64,000 nucleotides of DNA from positions 233-64,232 of the forward strand of contig JAZNKI010000031.1 of NCBI GenBank assembly GCA_045578495.1, written 5' to 3'. Each line of letters begins with the position of its first letter. The first letter of the stretch is position 1. Position numbers and translations under genes: made by a program. Below are positions 41,225-49,095 of the stretch, one piece after another. Under the pieces are notes generated by a model, which was not told the DNA's origin, did no database searches, and saw only the letters and a program-made list of their open reading frames with translations. This DNA is from Faecalimonas sp. (GTDB lineage: Bacteria; Bacillota; Clostridia; Lachnospirales; Lachnospiraceae).

Positions 41225-41508
41225 TGGCATATAGAATTGCGTTTTTGGCACAATTTATATGCCAAAATCTAGTGGTTTGAGTTGTGTTTTTTGTGATTTG
41301 GCATATAGATGAATGAAAAATTGCGAATCTATATGCCAGAAACAAGTGAAATGCTAATGAATTGTTGATTTTGAGGCGTATTTTGGCATATAGAAATATG
41401 ATTTTGGGGCTATCTATATGCCGGAAGGCATTGTAATAGCTATCGGATGTATATAAATCAGAGATTTTCGGCATATATATGATGGGAATTATGCGTTTCT
41501 ATATGTTG
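41225..41508. repeat. Array of four 40-bp inverted-repeat units (YGGCATATAG-N20-CTATATGCCR)
   Basis: Units at 41225-41264, 41299-41338, 41384-41423, 41469-41508; linkers 34, 45, 45 bp. Confidence 0.9.
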
Positions 41509-41607
41509 GAATAATTGTGGATGCAGAATTGTTTCGCGAAATTTACATATGCCCTTATGATTGTGAAGATAAAAATCACAAGAGATTCTTAATTAAAGAA
41601 AGGAGAG

Positions 41608-41726
41608 CAGATTGTATTACGGAAGAGGAATTAGCAGTACTTGCCATAGAACTTACTACATTGGGCGATATGTTGTCTGTGATTGCTACAAAGCAGGCTG
41701 TTTGTCAAAAAGAAAAGGAAGTATAA
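41608..41726 (+). pseudogene. Probable 5'-truncated small protein (DUF6774-like C-terminal half)
   Basis: ADCITEEELAVLAIELTTLGDMLSVIA follows an AAGGAG RBS with no in-frame start codon between them; family assignment from memory. Confidence 0.45.
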
Positions 41727-41786
41727 GAATAAGAGCGATTGCACCTTTTGCAAGAAATTGAATATATTACACTGGAGGTGCTTTTT

Positions 41787-42221
41787 ATGTTTTTGATGAA
41801 TTCATCTATGCCATATGCAAAGGCGGAAATAAAAGGAAGTGACATGTATCCAAAGATTCGAGGAGAAGTTTTGCTTTACGAAGTATATGGTGGCACATTT
41901 GTGATGGCTAGTGTGAAAAACTTGCTCGGTTCAGATGGCTTCCATGGCTTTCACATTCATAATGGAGAAAGCTGCATGCCTAAGATGGAAGGTGGACACT
42001 ATAACCCGACAGGCCAATCGCATCCGAAACATGCAGGAGATTTTCCACCGCTGTTAGCGAATCAAGGAACGGCATTTAGTGCATTTTACACGAGCAGATT
42101 TTACCCAGAAGATGTTGTCGGAAAAGTTGTGGTTATTCATGCTATGCCAGATGATTTTAAAAGTCAGCCTTCAGGAAATCCAGGTAGTATCATTGCTTGT
42201 GGTGTGATTGAAGAACTTTAA
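41787..42221 (+). CDS. Cu/Zn superoxide dismutase-family protein, no signal peptide
   Basis: HGFHIH, GHYNP..HPKHAGD, VIHAMPDD, ACG; GGAGGTG RBS before ATG 41787. Confidence 0.9.
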   Translation: MFLMNSSMPYAKAEIKGSDMYPKIRGEVLLYEVYGGTFVMASVKNLLGSDGFHGFHIHNGESCMPKMEGGHYNPTGQSHPKHAGDFPPLLANQGTAFSAFYTSRFYPEDVVGKVVVIHAMPDDFKSQPSGNPGSIIACGVIEEL

Positions 42222-42345
42222 AAGGCCTATTTAATAGAATGTTTTAAGTTAGAGTATTTAGTGAAAGTCTAGTAAATCAATTCTTGTTTATGGTATAATA
42301 GGTGCATATTTAGAACTTCAAACATTCTAGAAAGTAGGGATTTAG

Positions 42346-43449
42346 ATGCCATTTAAAATTATAAGAAACGACATTACTCGCATGAAAGTGGATGCGATTG
42401 TAAATACAGCAAACGAAGAACCAATGTATTCCACGGGAGTAGATTTTGCAGTATACAAAGCGGCGGGGGAAAAGGAACTTCTTGCTGAGCGAAAGAAAAT
42501 AGGTTTTATGAATGAGGGTGAAGTGGCGATTACATCGGGATTTAAATTGCCGGCAAAGTATATTATCCACGCCGTAAGCCCTTGTTACATAGATGGAACC
42601 TTTGATGAAGAAAAGAAACTTCGTTCCTGCTATAAAAAGAGTTTGCAATTGGCCTATGAGAACCATTGTGAGAGTATTGCGTTTCCGCTGATATCAACGG
42701 GGAATTTTGGGTATCCGAAGGAGGAAGCAATGCGTGTGGCAGTGGATGAGATTCATTCCTTTCTCTTAAATCATGATATGTTGATTTATCTAGTAGTGTT
42801 TGACACCAAGTCGACCGAGCTTGGATTGAAACTCAGTCCGAAACTAGAAGCATATATTGATCATAACTATGTGTGTGACAAACGACAAGAAGAGTATGGA
42901 AATCGGTACTTTGGTTCAGTTCCAAAGGACGCGTTGGAGTATAGCGAATATTTAGGACGTCGAGAAAAGGTAGAAAAACAACTGTTTCCAATGGAAAGCC
43001 GTTCTGTTGTAGAAACACCTATACTTGCGGAAAAGAATTGGGATGAGGATGAACTTTATGATTTCCTAGAAGAACACGAGACGGAGTTACATGAGAGAAT
43101 GAAGCATTTGTCAGATACGTTCCAACAGTATCTCTTTTATCTTATCGCAATAAAAGGACTTGTTCCGACAGAAGTCTATAAGCGAGCAATCATTACCAAG
43201 CAACTTTTTTCGAAGATTAAATTAAATCCACAGTATCATCCAGATAAAGGAACGGCCATGCGTTTGTGCGTAGGAGCGAAACTTAGTTTGGATGAAACAA
43301 AAGATTTGCTAGCAAGAGCAGGATATGCTTTGTCTCCTTGCGATAAAAGAGATATTATTTTCTCTTTCTTTATCGAGAACGGAATTCACGATATGATAGA
43401 AATTGATATTGCATTAGAAGAACATGGTCTTCCGTGTTTTATAGAATAA
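42346..43449 (+). CDS. Macro-domain protein fused to a C-terminal XRE-like HTH domain
   Basis: Macro: DIT..VDAIVNTAN, IIHAVSP, SIAFPLISTGNFGYP. C-terminal helical region TEVYKRAIITKQLFSKIK..LSLDETKDLLARAGY. Confidence 0.85.
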   Translation: MPFKIIRNDITRMKVDAIVNTANEEPMYSTGVDFAVYKAAGEKELLAERKKIGFMNEGEVAITSGFKLPAKYIIHAVSPCYIDGTFDEEKKLRSCYKKSLQLAYENHCESIAFPLISTGNFGYPKEEAMRVAVDEIHSFLLNHDMLIYLVVFDTKSTELGLKLSPKLEAYIDHNYVCDKRQEEYGNRYFGSVPKDALEYSEYLGRREKVEKQLFPMESRSVVETPILAEKNWDEDELYDFLEEHETELHERMKHLSDTFQQYLFYLIAIKGLVPTEVYKRAIITKQLFSKIKLNPQYHPDKGTAMRLCVGAKLSLDETKDLLARAGYALSPCDKRDIIFSFFIENGIHDMIEIDIALEEHGLPCFIE

Positions 43450-43453
43450 AAAG

Positions 43454-43484
43454 CAGGTCGCTTCTACGGCGACCTGATTTTTTT
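43454..43484 (+). promoter_or_regulatory. Palindrome CAGGTCGC-N7-GCGACCTG (terminator and/or operator)
   Basis: Followed by a T-tract; also overlaps the -35 position of an extended -10 TG-A-TATAGT (43492-43500) upstream of the vWA gene. Confidence 0.6.
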
Positions 43485-43542
43485 ATTCTTGTGATATAGT
43501 TGCCTCAGAAACAAGAAAAACAATTTTATGGAGGTAACAATT

Positions 43543-44214
43543 ATGAAAAAAGGATGTACAGAAATCGTATTTATTTTAGACAGAAGCGGGTCAATGCGAG
43601 GGCTAGAAAAAGATACTATCGGAGGTTATAATTCTCTTCTTGAGAAACAGCAAAAGGAAGAAGGCGACGTAATCGTCTCAACAGTGTTGTTTGATGATTG
43701 GACGGAAGTAATACACGATCGTGCAAAATTAGAAGAAATAAAACCGATGACAGAACGAGAATATTATGTGAGAGGTTGTACTGCACTTTTGGATGCAGTC
43801 GGTGGAGCAATTCACCATATTGGAAATGTTCACAAGTACGCGAGAGAAGAAGATGTTCCGGAAAAAACATTGTTTATTATTACAACAGATGGAATGGAAA
43901 ATTCAAGCAAACGTTATTCTTATGGAAAAGTAAAACAGATGATTGAAAGACAAAAAGAAAAATATGGTTGGGAATTTTTGTTCCTGGGAGCAAATATTGA
44001 TGCAATAGAAGTGGCAGGGAGATTCGGGATTGCACCAGAACGAGCTGTTAATTATGAGTGTGATAGTAAAGGAACCGAACTCAATTATCAAACACTAAGC
44101 CATGTAGTAAGCAAAGTGAGAAAGTGTACAGTTACTGAGATGAATCTGGCATTGAATGAAAATTGGAAAGAAGACATTGAAGCGGATTATAAAAAGAGAC
44201 ATGTAAAACGATAG
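43543..44214 (+). CDS. von Willebrand factor A (vWA) domain protein
   Basis: MIDAS DRSGS, G.TALLDA, IITTDGMENSS, FLGANID; GGAGG RBS. Confidence 0.9.
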   Translation: MKKGCTEIVFILDRSGSMRGLEKDTIGGYNSLLEKQQKEEGDVIVSTVLFDDWTEVIHDRAKLEEIKPMTEREYYVRGCTALLDAVGGAIHHIGNVHKYAREEDVPEKTLFIITTDGMENSSKRYSYGKVKQMIERQKEKYGWEFLFLGANIDAIEVAGRFGIAPERAVNYECDSKGTELNYQTLSHVVSKVRKCTVTEMNLALNENWKEDIEADYKKRHVKR

Positions 44215-44225
44215 GAGAAAAAGGA

Positions 44226-45197
44226 ATGAAAAATATTTGGTTAGATGGAATTATGGGTGTTGTTGTGGGAGATGCGTTGGGATTGCCAGTGCAATTTTTG
44301 AGCAGAGAAGAAGTTCGCAAAAACCCAATTACGGATATGCGTGGGTATGGGACTTTTAATAAACCTGAAGGGACATGGTCGGATGATGGAAGTTTAACAA
44401 TTGCTACGATGCAGAGCATTTATGATAAAGGTGGAATCGATTGTGAAGATATCATGGAAAACTTTGCTGATTGGTTGTTGGAGGGTAGATTCACACCGTT
44501 TGGGGAATCCTTTGATGAGGGGAATACTTGTGTGAAAGCAATTACACATTATGTGAAAAATCAAAATACGGAGACTTGTGGTGTCACAGGAGAATGGGCG
44601 AATGGAAATGGTGCGTTAATGCGAATTCTTCCGGTATGCCTGTATGGGTATGAAAAGGTACAAGAAGCAACTTTGAAAGAGGAAGACGTTTTAGCACTTG
44701 TACATCGAGTATCTGCGTTAACACACAATCACTTGCGTTCTCAGATGGCGTGTGGGATTTACTACTTTTTAGTAAAATCTATTTTGATAAGAAAATATGG
44801 TGCAAAAGAAGCGGTTCAAGTGGGGCTGAATGAAGCAAAGGCGTATTATCAGAAGGATATTAAGAATTATACAGAATTCTCTTATTACGGAAGGATGCTG
44901 GATGTGGAATCCTTTTCAGAATTGGCGGAACAAGAGATTAAAAGCACAGGTTATGTTGTGGATAGTTTAGAAGCTGCAGTATGGAGCTTCTTGAAAGGAA
45001 CAACTTTTGAAGAAGTAGCACTTGTAGCAGTTAACCTTGGAAAAGACACAGATACAGTCGGTGCTATTGCATGTGGACTCGCTGGGGTGTATTATGGTTA
45101 TGAAGGAATTCCGAAAAAATGGTTAGAAAAGATTCAGCAGAGAAATAAAATCGAAGAAAAGTGTGAAAGATTCGGAAACTGTCAAAAAGAGAACTAG
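44226..45197 (+). CDS. ADP-ribosylglycohydrolase (DraG/ARH family)
   Basis: VGDALG, WSDDG, GNGALMR, LTH, GKDTDTVGAI. Confidence 0.93.
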   Translation: MKNIWLDGIMGVVVGDALGLPVQFLSREEVRKNPITDMRGYGTFNKPEGTWSDDGSLTIATMQSIYDKGGIDCEDIMENFADWLLEGRFTPFGESFDEGNTCVKAITHYVKNQNTETCGVTGEWANGNGALMRILPVCLYGYEKVQEATLKEEDVLALVHRVSALTHNHLRSQMACGIYYFLVKSILIRKYGAKEAVQVGLNEAKAYYQKDIKNYTEFSYYGRMLDVESFSELAEQEIKSTGYVVDSLEAAVWSFLKGTTFEEVALVAVNLGKDTDTVGAIACGLAGVYYGYEGIPKKWLEKIQQRNKIEEKCERFGNCQKEN

Positions 45198-45206
45198 GAG
45201 GCAATT

Positions 45207-45359
45207 ATGAAGGGCGGAATATTTGGAAATATGTTTGATTTGAATCGTGACGGTAAGTTGGATGCGATGGAACAAGCGATGGATTTTATGCTTTTTGATG
45301 AACTGACAAGGCAAGAGCAAGAAGACAATGAAGAAGAATCTGACAATGATGAATTTTAG
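45207..45359 (+). CDS. 50-aa acidic small protein with an EF-hand-like loop (below ORF-track cutoff)
   Basis: GGAGG RBS; MKGGIFGNMFDLNRDGKLDAMEQAMDFMLFDELTRQEQEDNEEESDNDEF*; fills the gap between two + strand genes. Confidence 0.8.
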   Translation: MKGGIFGNMFDLNRDGKLDAMEQAMDFMLFDELTRQEQEDNEEESDNDEF

Positions 45360-45376
45360 ATAAAAGGAGAAACGAT

Positions 45377-46105
45377 TTGGAAATTATTATTGTAAGACAT
45401 TGTGAACCGAATTATGAAATTGATTCACTTACTCCGAAAGGATGGAGGGAGGCAGAATTATTATCCGATAAACTTTCGAAAATGGAGATAGATGAATGGT
45501 ATTGTTCGCCACATGGAAGGGCAAAAGACACGGCTTCTCGTACAATGGAAAAAGTGGGGAAGGAAGCAATTATCTATGACTGGCTTCGAGAATTTAAAGG
45601 GTTTGTTCAGTATGATTTCTTGGATAGTCCTACTCGCTGTTGGGATATGCTTCCGTCTTGTTGGACAAAGGAAGATGCGTATTATTCGAGAGATGATTGG
45701 TACAAGACAGAGTTGATACGAACAGGTAATTCGGAGGCAGAATACAAGTGGGTTACCGAGGAACTAGATGAATTTCTTGCTGCTAGAGGATATGTCCATG
45801 AAGGAAGACTGTTCCGCGTAGAGAAAGAGAATCACAAGAGGATTGTATTTTTCTGTCACTTCGGAGTAAGCTGTGTGCTATTGGCTCATTTACTGGGGGT
45901 GTCTCCATATATGTTTTTTCAAGGATTTGTTATGCAGCCAAGTTCTGTAACTAGTATTGTGACAGAAGAGAGAGAACAGGGTATCGCTTCGTTCCGCATT
46001 CGAAGTTATGGAGATATCAGTCATCTTTATGTGGCGAATGAGGAACCATCCTTTATGGCCCGCTTTTGCGAATGCTTTAGCGATGATACCACGCACGATT
46101 TTTAA
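45377..46105 (+). CDS. Histidine phosphatase family protein
   Basis: IVRHCEP (RHG-like), SPHGRAKDTA, LREF, CHFG; TTG start after AAGGAG. Confidence 0.88.
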   Translation: MEIIIVRHCEPNYEIDSLTPKGWREAELLSDKLSKMEIDEWYCSPHGRAKDTASRTMEKVGKEAIIYDWLREFKGFVQYDFLDSPTRCWDMLPSCWTKEDAYYSRDDWYKTELIRTGNSEAEYKWVTEELDEFLAARGYVHEGRLFRVEKENHKRIVFFCHFGVSCVLLAHLLGVSPYMFFQGFVMQPSSVTSIVTEEREQGIASFRIRSYGDISHLYVANEEPSFMARFCECFSDDTTHDF

Positions 46106-46140
46106 TAGTATGTTCGAACAAAAAATCATGATTGAAATCA

Positions 46141-46170
46141 AAAAGAGACTCGTTGCTGAGTCTCTTTTTT
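46141..46170. terminator. Bidirectional terminator
   Basis: AAAAGAGACTCG-TTGC-TGAGTCTCTTTT. Confidence 0.85.
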
Positions 46171-46172
46171 GG

Positions 46173-46931
46173 TTATTTTCCTTGTTGCTTGCACCAGATT
46201 CCCATAATCCATTTTACCGGTAAGAGTTTCACCATTCTTACTTGCATGCGTACGGGGAAACCGAGTATCGATACCATTTTTTTCTTTTTTAAATCTTTCA
46301 TTGTTTTGTCTACAACCTGTTTGGCGGTGTAGAAACGATCATAGTATGTGATCGTATCGTCTTTGACAGCATGGTCAAAAAATTCTGTTTTAATCCAGCC
46401 TGGAGCAACCGCCATTACATGAATCTTTTTCTGCTTTAATTCTACGTTCAAGGCTCTCGAAAAATTTAGAACATATGCCTTAGTAGAACCATAAACATTG
46501 ATGTATGGAACTGGTTGCCAAGAGGAGTTGGAAGCGATGTTGATTAAGGAGCTTCCCTCCGGCATGAAAGGAATACTTAAATACGTGATGGCAGTTAACG
46601 CTTTTGCATTTAAGTCAATCATGTTCAATTGTTCATCTAGTCCAATGTCTGTAAAAGAACCGAAGACCCCAAAACCGGCACCGTTTACGAGTACTTGGAT
46701 TTCTGGAGTTTCTGTCTGTAATAATTCTTGAAAAATGTTAAAGTTCTTTTTCTCAGATAAATCCAAGGCTATGGCTCTTATTTTTGTTTCACATTGTTCC
46801 TGTAGTTGGACAAGTCGTTCTTCACGTCTTGCAATCACCCAAATTTCATTTAAGTCAAAGTGCTTGTCTAAGGCATAGACAAACTCCCGTCCAATTCCGC
46901 TGGAAGCACCAGTGACAATTCCAATCTTCAT
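46173..46931 (-). CDS. SDR family oxidoreductase (DltE-like)
   Basis: TGASSGIG, NGAG, YGSTK, PGWIKT. Confidence 0.9.
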   Translation of the reverse strand: MKIGIVTGASSGIGREFVYALDKHFDLNEIWVIARREERLVQLQEQCETKIRAIALDLSEKKNFNIFQELLQTETPEIQVLVNGAGFGVFGSFTDIGLDEQLNMIDLNAKALTAITYLSIPFMPEGSSLINIASNSSWQPVPYINVYGSTKAYVLNFSRALNVELKQKKIHVMAVAPGWIKTEFFDHAVKDDTITYYDRFYTAKQVVDKTMKDLKKKKMVSILGFPVRMQVRMVKLLPVKWIMGIWCKQQGK

Positions 46932-46983
46932 AGTTGTTCCTCCTGATAAAAAGAGCGCTTGCTAAGCAAACGCTCCGAAGTTT

Positions 46984-47745
46984 TTATAAAGTTGCACCAA
47001 AATCTGATACAATGACTTGACCTGTGATTGCTCTCGACTCATCACTTGCAAGGAAGAGTAAGATGTTTGCGATATCTTCTGGCATAGACACAGGAACAGA
47101 CAAATTCATATGTTTTCTCATTTGACTAAACATATCTTGATTCAATGTAGCTGGATCTGTTTTAGCCATCGGAGTAGCGATTGTACTTGGGTTTACAGAG
47201 TTACAGCGAATACCTGTGCCTGCAAAACGAACTGCGGTATGTTTTGTAAGACCAATGATCGCAGCTTTGCTTGTAACGTAGGAAGCTCCACCAGTGCCAA
47301 ATTGACCTGCAACAGAATCTAAATTGATGATAGACCCTTTGTTGTTCTTCATCATCTCCTGTAGCACAGCTCGTGTACAGTAAAGAGTTCCTTTTGTGTT
47401 AATACTAAGTACTTTTTCTAAATCTTCATCATCGTAACATTCGATTGGCTTTAAACCTGCTTCAAGTACACCGGCATTATTTACTAATACGTCAACAGTC
47501 CCAAATGTTTCTACTGTTTTTGCGACAAGATTTTCCACATCTTCAACCTTCGATACATCTGTTTGTACAATTAAAACTTCGCCACCTGCTTCGCGAATCT
47601 CAGCGGCCACTTCTTCCAGTTGTGGAATACGACGAGCGCTAATTACTACTTTGGCACCTTCTTTTGCAAACAGTTTTGCAGTAGCAGCTCCAACACCAGA
47701 GTTACTTCCTGTAATAATAGCAACTTTTCCATCTAGACGTCCCAT
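46984..47745 (-). CDS. SDR family oxidoreductase (FabG-like)
   Basis: TGSNSGVG, NNAG, YVTSK. Confidence 0.9.
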   Translation of the reverse strand: MGRLDGKVAIITGSNSGVGAATAKLFAKEGAKVVISARRIPQLEEVAAEIREAGGEVLIVQTDVSKVEDVENLVAKTVETFGTVDVLVNNAGVLEAGLKPIECYDDEDLEKVLSINTKGTLYCTRAVLQEMMKNNKGSIINLDSVAGQFGTGGASYVTSKAAIIGLTKHTAVRFAGTGIRCNSVNPSTIATPMAKTDPATLNQDMFSQMRKHMNLSVPVSMPEDIANILLFLASDESRAITGQVIVSDFGATL

Positions 47746-47807
47746 AGAAAAGCCCTCCTTTCGGGTTGTTATATATATTTGTATTATAGAGTGAAAAAGG
47801 CCTTTGC

Positions 47808-47851
47808 GTCAACAAAAATGAGTTTCATGTCAACAAAAATGAGTTTCATGT
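47808..47851. repeat. Perfect 21-bp tandem repeat in a divergent promoter region
   Basis: GTCAACAAAAATGAGTTTCAT x2 (47808-47828, 47829-47849). Confidence 0.95.
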
Positions 47852-47856
47852 TTCAT

Positions 47857-47885
47857 TTGAAAACAGGTGTTTTTTATGCTACTAT
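47857..47885 (+). promoter_or_regulatory. Sigma-A-type promoter of pyrE
   Basis: TTGAAA-N17-TACTAT with TG extension. Confidence 0.55.
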
Positions 47886-47924
47886 AAGAGGAGTGAAAAG
47901 CATAAAATTACGGAGGGTATACAC

Positions 47925-48605
47925 ATGGAACAATATAAGAGTGAATTTATCCAGTTCATGGTAGATAGTAAAGTATTAAAGTTTGGTGATTTCACATTGA
48001 AGAGTGGAAGAAAATCTCCATTTTTCATGAATGCAGGTGGATATGTAACAGGATCACAATTAATGAAATTAGGTGAATACTATGCGAAAGCAATTCACAA
48101 TACATATGGAGACGATTTCGATGTATTGTTTGGACCTGCTTATAAAGGAATTCCAATTGCAGTTGTAACAGCTATCGCATATAGCAACTTGTACGGAAAA
48201 GAAGTACGTTATTGCTCAGATAGAAAAGAGGAGAAAGACCACGGTGCAGACAAAGGAAGTTTTCTTGGTAGCAAGTTGCAGGATGGAGACCGTGTTATCA
48301 TGATTGAAGATGTTACGACATCTGGAAAATCTATGGAAGAGACTGTTCCAAAAGTAAAAGGTGCAGCAAATGTAGAAATCGTTGGATTGATGGTTTCTTT
48401 AAATCGTATGGAAGTCGGAAAAGGTGGAGAAAAATGTGCCTTGGATGAAGTGAAAGATTTGTACGGATTTGATACGGCAGCAATCGTGACAATGGAAGAA
48501 GTAGTAGAATGTTTGTACAACAAAGAAGTAAATGGAGAAGTTGTGATTGACGATACATTGAAAGCAGCGATTGACGCATACTATGAGCAGTACGGTGTAA
48601 AATAA
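47925..48605 (+). CDS. pyrE: Orotate phosphoribosyltransferase
   Basis: FTLKSGRKSPFF, GPAYKGIP, RKEEKDHG, IEDVTTSG. Confidence 0.96.
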   Translation: MEQYKSEFIQFMVDSKVLKFGDFTLKSGRKSPFFMNAGGYVTGSQLMKLGEYYAKAIHNTYGDDFDVLFGPAYKGIPIAVVTAIAYSNLYGKEVRYCSDRKEEKDHGADKGSFLGSKLQDGDRVIMIEDVTTSGKSMEETVPKVKGAANVEIVGLMVSLNRMEVGKGGEKCALDEVKDLYGFDTAAIVTMEEVVECLYNKEVNGEVVIDDTLKAAIDAYYEQYGVK

Positions 48606-48618
48606 ATTTGAAAGGGAA

Positions 48619-49095
48619 ATGATTTTGAATACAAGAAAAGCAAAACGGATTCGTACATTAGGGAAAATGCTATTTGTAGTGTACATTTTATTCCTGCTTT
48701 ATTTCTTAATCTTTTCAGATTGGTATGGTAGAAGCGGAGTCATGGAAAATTATCATTATAACCTGACTCCGTTTTGTGAAATAAAACGTTTTTGGAACTA
48801 TCGGGAAAAACTAGGTATTTGGTCGATTATAAATCTAATTGGAAATATACTTGTGTTTGTCCCAGTTGGTTTTTTTAAGCCGGTGGCGAGCAAAAAGAGA
48901 AGCTTTTTCGGAACGGTATTAGATGGTGCGTTTTTGAGTCTGGCTGTTGAAGTTTTCCAACTGCTCTCCAAGGTGGGACGTTTTGATGTAGATGATTTGA
49001 TTTTGAATACATCCGGGACAATTCTCGGATACTTTATTTTTGTTGTATGTAATGCAATGAGGAGAATGTATGGCACAAAGAGAAAAAGAACGTAA
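48619..49095 (+). CDS. VanZ family membrane protein
   Basis: NLTPF, GNILVFVPVG, E..Q...GRFDVDDLILNT.G. Confidence 0.88.
   Translation: MILNTRKAKRIRTLGKMLFVVYILFLLYFLIFSDWYGRSGVMENYHYNLTPFCEIKRFWNYREKLGIWSIINLIGNILVFVPVGFFKPVASKKRSFFGTVLDGAFLSLAVEVFQLLSKVGRFDVDDLILNTSGTILGYFIFVVCNAMRRMYGTKRKRT

Noticed and set aside
41166-41474. 102-aa - strand ORF across the array
   Set aside because: No RBS or recognisable domain; likely a chance frame through the repeats.
41225-41508. CRISPR array, TIGR array or integron attC interpretation of the repeat array
   Set aside because: Conserved parts are 10-13-bp inverted arms, not 23-50-bp direct repeats. No box C/D motifs, no attC GTTRRRY/RYYYAAC ends with cassette ORFs, and no cas, Nop-domain or integrase gene in the window.
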